From Haliotis cracherodii (taxonomy: Eukaryota): a DNA stretch of 64,000 nucleotides. The stretch is taken from the NCBI RefSeq assembly GCF_022045235.1, contig NW_027266286.1:60140001-60204000 (forward strand), read 5' to 3'. Shown piece after piece: positions 45,601 to 58,487 of the stretch (the first letter of the stretch is position 1; every line of letters starts with the position of its first letter). The translations under genes and the position numbers were made by a program. Under the pieces are notes generated by a model. It was given only the letters and a program-made list of their open reading frames with translations, ran no database searches and was not told the origin of the DNA.

Positions 45601-46947
45601 AACTCTGGTTTTCAACTCCCAATTGCATGGATCGATGCTCATGATGTCAATCACTGGATTGTCTGGTCCAGACTTGATTATTTACAGACCGCCGTCACAA
45701 AGCTGGAATATTGCTGAGTGCGGCGTTAAACAACAAACAAACATGATACATCACCACTTGTATGAGGACTTCCTGATGTGTTGTAAGTGTGGTGTTACTG
45801 GTTCAGTGTTTGTGTGGTGCCTGTCTCCCCAGGACTACTCCGTGGACCCGCTCCAGGCCGACCGGTCCCGGTGGGAGGACCAGTCCCGGTCCCTGATTGA
45901 CCGCACCACCAAGCCCTGCCCCAAGTGTGGCACCAGGACAGAGAGAAACGGTCAGTAAGGAACCCAGAAGAGTCTACATATACATATGTATCAATAAACC
46001 AAGTCTTAATTAATCCATATTGGCACCCCAATGGCATGTCATATTTTAAACAGACCAAAATTTAATGGCCTTGTTCAGGTGGCTTACCTATCACAAAAGC
46101 CCCCTGGAATATATCTTTTGGAGGAAGTGGTAAACATCTTATCGTTGTGAAGTAACAATATTATTAGTGGTATGCAAGAAGGGCTACAAGAGTTATGCCC
46201 CTTTGTAAACAGATGTTGAGCTCCTTCCCAGCACGTGACACCTTCGTTGCACTCTCGGTAACCACCAGTGTGGGTGTGGCCATTACAAGAATCTCAAAAA
46301 ATTTGCCCCCTAACCTCAAATGTAGTAATGTTTATACTTTTGTTTATGTCTTGGGGAATGTCATCATTGTGAATTTTGAAAAGGTTTACGACTGATCATA
46401 TTTCCTAGATGAATTAACCTTTTTGTTTGTTTGATTGGATTGGTTCGAGATTACAGACGAACGGAAAATCAACCAACTTCCCCCTTACATTCTTACTATG
46501 TCAGTTACATGATAATTGTAATGAAATAGAAATTCAAATTGACAAACAAATACATCAGTTTGCTAACAGTCATCAAAAGAGTCAGTCGACTGAGAGTTCA
46601 TTTCCAAGCATGTTTGTGGCCACCTATCACAGTGGGGAGCTTTTTCGGTGGCAGCGATTGTATAGAGAGCTCTGCAAACGTGATATGGCTGTAAGGAGCA
46701 TGACCGACGCACACAGTGTAGAATCTGGAGTAGGACAACAGCCACTCTTGCCCCACCCCAACATGTTGACCTAATAATGACTGACGCACTCACACACTCA
46801 CTCACTCACTCACTCACACACTCACTCACTCACTCTGTTCCAGGCGGCTGTATGCACATGCTGTGTCCACGGTGTGGCGAGGACTGGTGCTGGGTGTGTG
46901 ACAAGGCTTGGGACCGAGACTGTCAAGGCCAGCATTGGTTTGGATAA
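33657..46947 (+). CDS. PRKN: E3 ubiquitin ligase parkin, 405 aa. Exons 33657-33830, 35866-35944, 37145-37269, 38638-38721, 40678-40790, 41745-41881, 42411-42472, 43916-44056, 44973-45053, 45833-45950, 46844-46947
   Basis: Ubl with DQSTLHI (Ser65 equivalent), RING0 YVYCK..GKLRVKC, RING1, [25 protein letters not shown]2 [26 protein letters not shown]. 1218 nt in frame; candidate AATAAA at 48436. Confidence 0.96.
35328..35672 (+). mobile_element. tRNA-derived SINE family D; copy near 38020-38372(-), fragment near 13190-13375(-)
   Basis: A/B boxes, CCCTGCCTGGCGCTTGGCATTA body; TSD TTAAGACTTTTGT. Confidence 0.75.
36367..37144 (+). repeat. 28-bp minisatellite (~28 copies) ending in the parkin exon 3 acceptor
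   Basis: Unit TGTGTTTTATCTTGCAGCAGGGTAATAT. Confidence 0.95.
40086..40631. mobile_element. MITE with ~75-bp TIRs and 9-bp TSD (Mutator-like); shorter derivatives at 19226-19293, 27653-27830, fragment near 52080
   Basis: TIR CATCTTCCCGAGGCAAG...; perfect TSD GATGATTAC at 40077-40085 and 40632-40640. Confidence 0.8.
41174..41442 (-). mobile_element. Non-tRNA-headed SINE family B (possibly RUDI-related); copies near 8701-8880(+), 14293-14527(-), 15497-15757(-), 24637-25037(+, interrupted), 34888-35150(-), 59573-59800(-)
   Basis: Head GACCCGTGAAGATCCGGGGTAGAATAGGTCTTCAGC; 3' end similar to SINE A; 13-bp TSD CACMGTACAACGG at this copy. Confidence 0.8.
41863..42287 (+). repeat. 43-bp minisatellite (~10 copies) spanning the parkin exon 6 end and donor
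   Basis: Unit TACACCCTACCTTGCCCAG|GTCAGTAAAACATTCAGGGCTAGA. Confidence 0.95.
42470..43545 (+). repeat. 21-bp minisatellite (~50 copies) starting at the parkin exon 7 donor
   Basis: Unit CAG|GTG(AC/TG/AG)AGGRGTTCACATCACA. Confidence 0.95.
44186..44260 (+). pseudogene. Degenerate tRNA-like sequence (Trp/Arg-like pseudogene or SINE head)
   Basis: Anticodon arm TCTGA-CCTCAGA-TCAGA, B box GGTTCGAATCC, poor acceptor stem. Confidence 0.45.
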
Positions 46948-49900
46948 TGTCCAAATCCTCCCACGTAGTAAATAGAATAATATGCACCTGAAGTTAAACA
47001 CCAAGCTGCCTTAGTGTTCCCAAGACTTCCATCATTGGAAAATATGTATAAATGTTGTTGATCTCATGTTGATTAATGCCTAAGATACCCCAGAGATCGC
47101 GGACACAGGAGTACAAGAAAACTATTCCCATCGGACATTTGGACCCATCTCGAGACCTACAGCAGGTACCCAGGTAGTGGGGGGGTACCCGGGTTGAACA
47201 TTTGGACTCAGCCCTAGGTCAATTCCAGACGGTTTGCTGGCAACTACTACCTGCTTGATAATGGTAATGGACAATCTCCAGATTTACAATAATTGTCTAC
47301 CACATCCAATCCAAGAGAACTGCTTGTGTGTGCGTATATTTAGGTAAGTTCATGTGATAATGGTTTTGCTGTTAGTTAGACATTTACTGTAAGCTTCATT
47401 AGGCTTGCTTGATGTAGGATATAAATGGTTGTATACCGGTTCTACTCAGTAGGGTGATCAAAGATCTACCAGGTAATTGTTTTTGATTTAATGACCTACA
47501 ATGTGTCTACTTGTAGTTATAAATCTGGTAATGTAATGGCCATCTTTAGAAAGTTCTAAGAGTATTTTGGTTTCTTCTTGAGTGAGTGAGTTGGGTTTAA
47601 GTCTTATTTGGGCCAAATATATTTTGGTTATGTCAAGATGTGTCAGCCTAGAGGGTGCAAGTAGCCTGAAATGATGCAGGTGATTGATGTCTACCACTGA
47701 TGAAAGCACCTGACCTTTCTACTGCTGACATATTGTTGTGCCACCATGCCCTCTGCTTCTTCCTGACATCCATTTCTAACAAAATCATATAATTGAATAA
47801 GCCCAACAATGTTGAGAGTATTCAATATTTCTTGACTAACTATAGCATGCAGTGGTGCATATTATATGAAAGTGAATTCATAACAGTATTGGTAAAAGCT
47901 GGACATGCTGACCCCCCCCCACCCCCCCCCCGATCATTATAATGGTTGCCTCATGAATAACAGTAATATGTTTTGAGCTAAGGGTATTTTCATTTGCATG
48001 CTCAAATATGTGATTTGATTTATCTAAACAATGGCAAATATGTATCATTGTATGATAAAATCGATTGTTACTTGGATTGTAAATTGAGCTTTCCCAGAAC
48101 ACTTTTGTTATGAGGAAAACAACATTTTAAACTCCACTGGTAAGTTGGTCAACAGTGGTCTACATGTTTTCACATTTTGATTGTCAGTTTACTTGGAACT
48201 AGTTTGAATTTTGAGTGAACAAGAAAAATGACAAATTTGATGTGACGTTTTGAATGTGAATGATCTACATCGTAATCAATGGAATAATGCTGGAATTGAA
48301 TTTTGAGTGATGATACATTTCCAGTGGACTTTGCTTGTACCTTGACCTCTATAGTCAGGGCGTGATGGGGTGCTGTATGTTATATATACTGTTGTTGATT
48401 TTATACAAGAATATATCCTTGATTGATGAAGATGGAATAAACAGTATTTTATTTTTCATTTGTTCTTTCAGATTACATACACTCTATTTAGCGTATGTGT
48501 GGCGTGTTCAGTAATCTATGCCATGCTTCCAGTCTTGTTTGTAGGTGTATTGACTGAAACACCTCTCCTTTTTGTTTTTAAGTGTTGGTATTAAATACAC
48601 CTACACTTCTCATCTGGCTAAGTTAAGACTATCAATGTAACTTATTACTTACAATTGTCTACAGGAAGTCCAATGAAAGCCCAGAGAACATTAACATTTA
48701 CCCAGCTGGATATGATCTAACATTCGTATCATCAAGCCGCAGACATGACCAGTCCGAAATACAGCCAGTATTCCAACAGCTTTGTGCAAAATGACTAAGT
48801 CGAATGTGCAGGTACACCTAAAGAACATGTGTTTTGTTATACACCAGACCTCTGTTCTGTAATATGTTGCGGACTGTACAGTTATACACCACACCTCTGT
48901 TCTGTTGTATGTTGTAGACTGTTCAGTTATACACCAGACCTTGGTTCAGTTATACACCAGACCTCTGTTCAGTTGTATGTTATACAACATGCCCCCGTTG
49001 CACAAAGTGATCTTAAGTCGACTATGCTTGTAAGAGGCGACTATGCTTGTAAGAGGCGACTAACGGGATCGGGTGATCAGGCTTGGTTGATGCATGTCAT
49101 TGTATCCCAATTGAGTGGATCGATGCTCATGATGTCATTCACTGCATTGACTCGATTAGACTGCCGTCATACAGCTGGAATACTGCTGAATGCGGCGTTA
49201 AACAACAAACAAAAGAATCTAAGGGCTACAACTGTCGTAAGCCCATGTTAAAGTATGGGAGTTACAATCACCTTAGCATGAAGATAGCTTTGTGCAATGG
49301 GGTCCAGTCCTACATGTTCAGTAATATACCACAGACTGTTTAGTTATACATCAGACCTCTGTGTCCAGTGACAAATGAAACAGAACACAAGTCATTGTAA
49401 TTCAACATTTTAATAGTATTGCAGGGTGGGAGGAACCAATATGTCTGAGAAGTGCCAATTGATGAATTGCTGGAAATGATGAAATCAAGAAAAAAAACTC
49501 TTTACTGCTTAACTTTTGAAAGGGTTATTACTTAAATTCCATGATGCACCAAACTAATAACATGGAGTGAGTGAGTTAAATTTAACATTGCATCAGCATT
49601 CTTTCAGCCATATAGCTATTAATTATTTGGAAGTCAGTGACCCGGAAAGGCTTCCCTATCTCTTAACCCTATGGAGATGTTCAGTAGTTTCAGTCCTTTT
49701 CCATTGCAATTATGCATTATTAACACAGGAAATGGTCTTGAATGGCATATTGATCAATAAAGTAAAGAAAAGAAAGCTTGTTTCAATTGAAACTAAATAA
49801 ATAGGATTAGCTAAAATAAATAAATAGCCTAATTGTAATAATGAAGTTGTTCATCTATATATATATCCTTACTAAATAAATAGTACTTAAGCAATATTAA

Positions 49901-52900
49901 TGTGGCTTTAAAACATTGTCTTCAACCAATTCCGTTTGTACGAAGGCTTGAAGTGTTTACAGTGCATGTTTCCTGAAGAGTGACACAAATCTCATAATAT
50001 AAATACACATGTATATGTACCGTATTCGACGTAATAAGCGCCCAGGGCGCACTCAAAATTAGTAATACCGGGGTCTTAATAGAATATTACTTTGGTGAAA
50101 AAAACAGAGTTGAAAGATAAATTTTGTGGTTTATGCGGACAGCCTGAAATGTTTATAGATATATTTTTCCAGAACTTAATTGCCCATAATTAAAGCATGT
50201 AACACACGAGGGCGTATTATACACGAATAAATAAGTCTTGTGTACATTGATCAATCGGAAGGGGTGCTAATTGGGATTGTTCACTAGTTAATATATAAGC
50301 AAATTAGAGCGGGGCGCTTATTACGTCGAATATGGTATTAGTAAAACTGGAATAAACCATGATTGATCATAACAGAAATATTAGGTGTTTTTTTACACGC
50401 CGCTTTATGCAATATTCCAGCAATATCACGACAGGGGACACCAGAAATGGGCTTCACACATTGTACCCATGACACAAATCGAACCTGGGTCTTCGGTGTG
50501 ACGAGCAAACGCTTCAACCACAAGACGACCCGACCACCCCACATGGTTAATAGATATATGAGCCATAAGTTCGGTGGTTAAAGTAAATATAAGAATCAAA
50601 TGACTAAATCATTGATTTATTGGTCTGATGTCAGTACTGTCGCAGGTATTCGTTAGAGTGTTGAGTGTGTGAGGTCTGATGGATTAACTCGATGTCATGA
50701 AGTCCTGCCTCGCAGGGATAATCTGATTGTGTGTACTGGCAATGATCAATGATTAAACAGATAAATGGTCTGAGTGAGGTGTGATACAAAATACATGTAT
50801 GTACAATACTTGCTGTAAAGAAGAAGAACTATTTGATCACAAGTAGACAATAATCATTATTTGGAAAACTACTTCACAGAGGAAAAGTCTAATCTGAAAA
50901 TGGTTTGTCTTGAAAATAACAAGAATGAAGCCACAAAAGAAAATCAGTATTCAGCATCAGTGTTCAAGCAAACATGATGTGTGAGTGAGTGAGTTGGGTT
51001 TAACGCCGCTTTTAACAGTATTCTAGTTATATCACGGCATGTCAGCTTAATGTGGGAGGAAAGCCCGAAGTGATGCAGGTGCTGACAAACCTAGAAACAT
51101 AATCAGGGCGAACCGGGATTCAAACCCGCAATCATAGGTTTCTGGCGTGCCCAAGGGATGCAACTCTGCACAGCAAATAGCAGCGCCTTAGCCGACTGGG
51201 CCACCCATGCCCCCAAACATGGTGTGTATGTAAAGTGTTCCCATTGTTATGTTAATACAGACAAAATATAGAACATGTCTAGACTAACATCTAGTCTCTG
51301 AAATGAACATATCGTACAGAAAAAAACCCAGTTGTTCAATTATCTTAATAAAAATATAATAAAAGCGAGCCCAGTGATTATCTTCATTTTAAGATACTGC
51401 AGTAATCTAGACTTGCCAAACATTATAGACTTGCATGGGATGTATTTGATTTATATTTGTATCAGGGTCTGTAAGACAGACTAAGAACATGTCCTATTCA
51501 AATTGTTAATTTGCAATGATACAGAACAATTTTTGGTTTCGTTGAAATGCATCCAAGAACCTGATTAAGAAATGAACAATACCACTCCAGTTTTGATAGG
51601 GATATTGTTTTATCTTTCCATGATACATATCTGATTTTCCCTATCTAAAGCTGAGTAGTATAACTTGGAAGTAAGAGGATCTAGCTCTCAGCCAGATCAT
51701 GTTGGACATGCCAAGCACCAGGTCTCAAGAGGCATTTATAAAGGTTCCTTGCACAGATTCACATACAGTCTTAATGCAGCACAACGTTTTGGCACTCTCA
51801 ATAGCCTTTAAAGTTCATAACCTTGCTAATTTTATCCAACATTATTACATGCCACAGATATTCAAGCTAACAATAACATACATGCAAAAATCATGATAAA
51901 ATCTTTCAACAATAAATGCAATTTTAAGTTGACAAACACATTCCTGGTGTGAAAATGAAACGAGGAAACAACATATATTCTCTAAAACTTATTTACACCT
52001 AAAACAGTCAACAGGAAATGTCTCCTATTGACATGTTTTATATCAAAGGCTGACACTGAACAGACTTTTACGGTCCTTTAACTCCCTTGCCTCAGGAAGA
52101 TGGTACCATCGTCAACCCAGTCAATCTGGATCAGAGGATTTCATAGCCATAAATGTACAAATGAGTATAAAGATTGAAACAAACATTCACTGCCTTTCCT
52201 GCGTTTTCACTGGCATGGTATTTATTTACCTTCCAATCTGCTGCAAACAAGATACCAGTTACACATTCACAATAATGGAGTATTGTCCCTGACTTGGGGA
52301 GGTAGTGCTGCAGGCCGAGACAAGTCAAGACTCTAGCCCATTCTGTCCTTAAATTCCACATGTAAGAGAGTAAGTTGGGTAAAAAACACTTTAACAGTAT
52401 TCCAACCATATCACGGCATGTCAGCTTGATGTGGGAGGAACACCCGAAGTGATGCAGGTCTCAGACATTTACCACTTTGGTGAAACCCACGAGCACGGGT
52501 ATGGTGCTGACAAACCTAGAAACATAATCAGGGTGAATCACGATTCAAAGCCACAATCATAGATTTCTTGTGTGCCCAAGGGTTGCAATGCTGCACAGGG
52601 AATTTTGTTGCCTTGGACGACTGGGCCACATGTGTTCCAGAAGTCTTATAAATAATCTGTATGTGGGAAATTGAAAGGCCAATCAAGTGATTATCCTGTG
52701 ATGATCATTAAATGGTCTACTGCTCTCCTGAGATATGTATTACTCATGCTACTTGATAAAGAGTTACTTCCCTTGCGGAAGTCATGAAGCTTGTGAATAC
52801 TGAATGAACATAACTTCAGTATTTGTTAAGAGTGCATCAGTGAGGTTTTAACATCGCTCTGAAAAGTATTTAAGTTATTCCACAGTGGAACTGCTTTATG

Positions 52901-54599
52901 TGGAAGGCCATTTGAGACAAATGAGTGCTCTGAACAGTACTTCAGTTATATCATGGCATGTCAGCTATATGTTGGAGGAAAGTCCCAAGTAATACAGGAC
53001 TTAGAAGTTTACTTTGATGACACCCACAAACATGGGTAGAAACATGATCAGGGCAAATTTGGGATTCAAACCCAGAATCGTGATGAGTGAACGCCTTAAC
53101 CACAAGGCCACCCCACCACCCCCATAATGAGAGTGAAGAGTAAATACGAGAGTGCTCAGATCATCTATAGCTGGTTTGCCTGTTCCAAACCCACTCACAA
53201 AAATATAAGTCTGTAACTGTTTGGAATGACATCAATAGAGGTATTTCTGGTCCTGTAATTCTGGCTCTGTTTTCTAAACAAAAACATTTCTGAACTGTAG
53301 ACTATTCTATCCAACATCTACATCTACATCTACCATAAGAATGTTTCACCAACAGTATCAAAGCCATAATTGTCATAACTTAGCGTTCCATTCCAAATAC
53401 CACGAGTTCATCATTAAATCATAAAATGGAAACTCAGGAAGCATAACAAAGTCGTGTTTTTGTTGTCACTGTAACTAAGTACTCTTGATAATTTTCACTG
53501 AAGTGATCAGAAAAGGAGTCAGCAAGAAGACCAGTGAAAAGACTGCTTTGCTTTAGTTTACCATTCTGGATAGAAGTTAGCCACTAAAGTGTTTATACAA
53601 TCGAAGTAAACATCCTCTCATTTGGCTAAATTCCAAGGATGCTAATTATAGTACTGATGGCACTGGGCAACATTTCAAGGTCAAGGTCAAAGAAAGTGAT
53701 AATAACATACAATCTCCACTGTACGTTCATACTGGATTGGGGCTTGGCTCAAAATACATCAGAATATAGAACACGTATAATCAATGTGACATAAATAGTT
53801 CATCATTGTCACGAACCACCATGATTCAATGGGGATATGTCCTTGCAGGAATTGTGAAGACATGTTAGCTATGTATCTTTCACAAAGGACGAGGTAGAAG
53901 GGAGGCCTCTTTTTTGCCAACAGTTTCTGCACAATGGAACAATTGTGCCCCTCTAAAACTTGGACAAATGATATACTTTTAAAAGACAGGTATTCTGGGA
54001 TAACAGTGATTTGATCAGGAAAATATGTATGTAAATGCTCATCTGCGGAGTTATCTCCCATGTTCTTAGGGCTAGTCATGTGATGATGCATAAGCAGACG
54101 ATAGCTTCTCAGATCTGAGAACATGTCAGAACTTGACAAAAAAACACCTCTTTTATCTCAGCACAAATGGTACAAAACTGTATGCAAGTTGCACTGCATG
54201 ACTGACATGCCTCTCTCTACAATGTACGATAATCTAAAAGCATCTGGTTCAGGCAGTGGTGCATCCTATCCGTTTGGATCAGGGCGTCGACCCATTTATG
54301 ATGCTAACAACAGACGACATGTTGCTCAAGTTGCCCTCATTCATCTGATGTGTCCACTAAACAACTTGGTCTGGATATTGGGAGAAGAGGGGGTCCTTCA
54401 GCATCAGAGGTAGCGTGTAGAACTCTACCCGATATTGGCTACTGGAAATCAGTTTCATGGAAAACCCCTCTAATAACATATGGAGAAATGCCTAGCCTGA
54501 CGTACAGGTAAGGTTTGTTAATGTGATTTTTCCAGATGAGTCAGATGTTTTAGAGATGAGTCAGTTCCACAGAACATAAAAATCAGATGGTCCAGAGGA

Positions 54600-54990
54600 T
54601 GGATATCCATGAAAACGGTTCCGAAGTGTTCACTACATCTGACAGTGTGGGGATGTATCACCATAAGAGTTGCACCCCTCAGTGCAGTTGTACAAAATGA
54701 TCTTAGCGCTAAGGTAATCATAACACCCTAACCTTCATCACATAGACTTACGACAGTTGTAGCTCTGAGGTTATGTACAGCGGCACCCAGATCTTTGTGG
54801 AGGGAAACATTAACACTGTCACATTCTTCAGGAAGACCTCAAAGAATTTGCCAAGGGACAAAGTAACATTCCATGTGTGCTACAGCAGGACAATGCCCAA
54901 CCCCACACGTTAGTGTTCACAAAACGCTTGTCTACAGATAACCATGTTGTCATGAAGGATTTTCTTGCCACTTAATCACCTTGTAAATGT
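54600..54990 (+). pseudogene. Highly decayed Tc1-like transposase fragment
   Basis: LTVWGCIT and VLQQDNAQPHT motifs, broken frames. Confidence 0.5.
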
Positions 54991-56564
54991 CTGACAGCTC
55001 ATGGCTGACAATGATGAGGAGTGGCAGCCTGGAAATCATGGGCGATGGAAGAAGACAATCACTGAGACATGGTTGAATCTACCCAAATCTACCATGCTCA
55101 TTAATATACAGTATAACAAGGCGTACAAACAGGTGTATCGACAGACAGGGTACCCTTACTGAATATTAATATTGTGTTTGCGAAAGAATGGACCCTTACA
55201 CAGTTTATCATATTAACATGAATATATGATGTCTTTCTTTGAAATATATGTCTGAAAATTTCCAGATCTTTTTGCACAATGCTATATATTAGAAATTGCC
55301 ATGAAATTTGTCAGACGTATTCAATAAATGAATAAAAACTAAATTTTGTTCATTTTAACAACTGTATGACTGTAACTGATGACATGATTAAATGCGTAGG
55401 CCATTAAAGGACAACATGTGTGAAACAGGTGAATTTTATAGGTTTTCAGGAAGAACATTTTCAAAGAAGATGTACAGTGGGTGGCCATATCATTACACAC
55501 ACTAGTGGGAAATGTAAATTGCAAAAAACATAAACACGATAAAGACTTACAAAATATGATTCCGTTTGATAACGAGTCGTTTATTGCCTCCACACTTGTC
55601 ACATGGCTGGTCAGCCATGAGCATCTGATCCAAGAAATCTGGGAAAACATCCCTTTGCCTACACTAGGAATTCCAAAGCGCATATTTAAAATATTGAGGA
55701 ACAAGGGTCAAATAACCAAATATTGAGGTAAAAAACATCATATCAAAATTTATTCTCACGTCTTCAGCCATTTTTGTATGTAGTAAAATGGCCACCCGCT
55801 GTTGATAAAAACAGTATAAACTATGGTAAAACATTCATCTTGGGCGACATACTTGCTCATACTTAATTTCATGTCCAATAATTTCAAACAAATATTTTCA
55901 AAATTCAACATTTCCAGAGGGCCAAACAGGGCCCTTACCCTATCTCTCCTTTCAAAGAATCACAAACTACACATAATCTCTTCTTGGAACAATCATAATA
56001 ATCTTAAATATCAGCATTCAGCAAAAGGAAGTAGAAAGTTTGTTCAAATAATTTCAAATTGGCCAGAGCTATAAAACCTGGAGTGAGTGAGTGAGTGAGT
56101 GAGCTTTTACACTGCTTTTTAGCAATATTCAAGCAATATCATGGCGGGGGACACCACAAATAGCTTCACACATTGTCCCCATGTCGGGTATCGAACCCGG
56201 GACTTCAGCGTGACAAGCGAATGCTTTACCCACTAAAACCAATAAAACCTGGAGCTTCCCCTGTCATCAACTACTTCATGAACATAGACTCCAAGATAAA
56301 CATGATGAAGCAGTCCTACCTCAGTCACAACCCCACCCCGGCATTGTATCGCTTCTCTATAGTTGTAACTACCTGAGAACTTATAGTTAATTAATCGTCC
56401 TGATACAATTCCTGTCGTTTATACCGGACTCCTGAGGACAACAACCTCACACATATAGACAGATACAAAGGAAATTGGATTACAATATCAAGATGGATTT
56501 TATTACCATGAAAATCCAAAACTTGAGAATTCTACTTGACAATGTGTCCACTTGACTGGAACTT

Positions 56565-57260
56565 ACCTCTTGCTGATAAGTTCTGTATTACTGTAACACT
56601 GTCAGGAAATAGCATATAACTCCTGCTGATAAGTTTTGTAACACTGTAACACGCTTAGGGAATAGCATGTACCTCCTGCTGATAAGTTCTGTAACACTGT
56701 CGGGGAATAGCATGTACCTGTTGCTGATAAGTTTTGTAACACTGTCAGGGAATAACATGTACCTCTTGCTGATAAGTTATGTTACACTGTAACACTATAG
56801 GGGAATAACATGTGCCTCCTGCTGATAAGTTCTGTAACACTGTCGGGGAATAACATGTACCGCTTGCTGATAAGTTATGTTACACTGTAACACTATAGGG
56901 GAATAGCATGTGCCTCCTGCTGATAAGTTCTGTAACACTGTCGGGGAATAACATGTACTGTTTGCTGATAAGTTTTGTCACACTGTAACACTGTAACACT
57001 GTCGGGGAATAACATGTATCTGTTGCTGCTAAGTTCTGTAACGCTGTAACACTGTCGGGGAATAACATGTACTGTTTGCTGCTAAGTTTTGTCACACTGT
57101 AACACTGTAACACTGTCGGGGAATAACATGTATCTGTTGCTGCTAAGTTCTGTAACGCTGTAACACTGTCGGGGAATAACATGTACCTGTTGCTGATAAG
57201 TTCTGTCACACTGTGACACTGTTGGGGAGTAGCAAGTACCTCTTCCAGATAAGTTCTGCA
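56565..57260. repeat. Variable ~45-60-bp minisatellite
   Basis: Recurring TGCTGATAAGTTCTGTAACACTGTCGGGGAATAACATGT with a variable internal GTAACACT octamer. Confidence 0.9.
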
Positions 57261-57596
57261 GTTATTGCCCTTGGAGTTAAGGCAGTTCACCATAGTTAAA
57301 CTTCACCAGCTAAATGTCACAAATACTACAGATGTCATTCTGCAGCTTGGAGAATGAGTAACACCAGCTGCCTACATCAAATTAATTATTATGTCTAACA
57401 TAACCTTTGTACAGAGTTTCAAAAACAACATAAGACAAAGAAGTTCTGATACTGATATTCAATGATGCCCTGATTGCAAAATCCACTTATATTCTGTCCA
57501 TACATAATAACATTACATTATTATTCTACCATTCAGTATTTATTGGAGTATGCCCTTCAGCTCTGTAACTGAAGTATAAACAAGACCCACAATTTC

Positions 57597-57901
57597 CTAA
57601 CTCATCAGAAATAGTTAACTATCATTAACTCATCAGAAAAAGATAATTATCCTCAACTCATCAGAAAAAGATAATTATCCTTAACTCATCAGAAAAAGAT
57701 AATTATCATTAACTCTTCAGAAAAAGATAATGATCATTAACTCATCAGAAAAAGATAATTATCCTTAACTCATCAGAAAAAGATAATTATCCTTAACTCA
57801 TCAGAAAAAGATAATTATCCTAAACTCATCTGAAAAAGATAATTATCATTAACTCATCAGAAAGAGATAATTATCCTTAACTCATCAGAAAAAGATAATT
57901 A
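57597..57901. repeat. 28-bp minisatellite, ~11 copies
   Basis: Unit TAACTCATCAGAAAAAGATAATTATCCT. Confidence 0.92.
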
Positions 57902-58487
57902 ACAATAGCAGTCTGTGGGAAAACATTGTCATCATGCCAAAGTTGTCTTGCAGCTTTGGTTTTAGCTGATCCTGTTTATAAATACACAGAAATCTGGCAA
58001 GGCCACTATGCTGTCACACTTACAGGCTGCCATAGAATGCAACAACTTCCATGAGAAGTACAGTAATCATATAAATTACATCAGAAATAATTTTATTCTT
58101 CTGAATGCATGTGTCCAAACTATGTGATGGCTGACTAGTCCATGCAAAACTTACTAATCTTAGCAAATAAGTCCTGGGCTCTCTAAAATAATGAATCGTT
58201 AAATGACATTTAAGATCCAACTGCTTGGAAAATGTGGTCCCTGTGCTGGAGATTTTCAGTGGCTGGAAACTTTGATATGAAAATATAAAACAAATTTCTC
58301 TGCACATCAGTTGAGTAGCTTGTTACAAACAGGAAGTGACCCCATGACCTCCATCTGTCCAATGTAATTATACACCCCAGATTCAATTCTGTGACGGTTC
58401 ACTGTCCATCACATCACAAGTCATTTAAAAAAATAAAACAATGCTACACGTATATGACACAAGGAGGAAGAACAGATCCTCCCTCCA

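Noticed and set aside
53759-54139. 126-aa ORF with PIESWW motif
   Set aside because: At most a decayed transposon remnant; too weak to assign.
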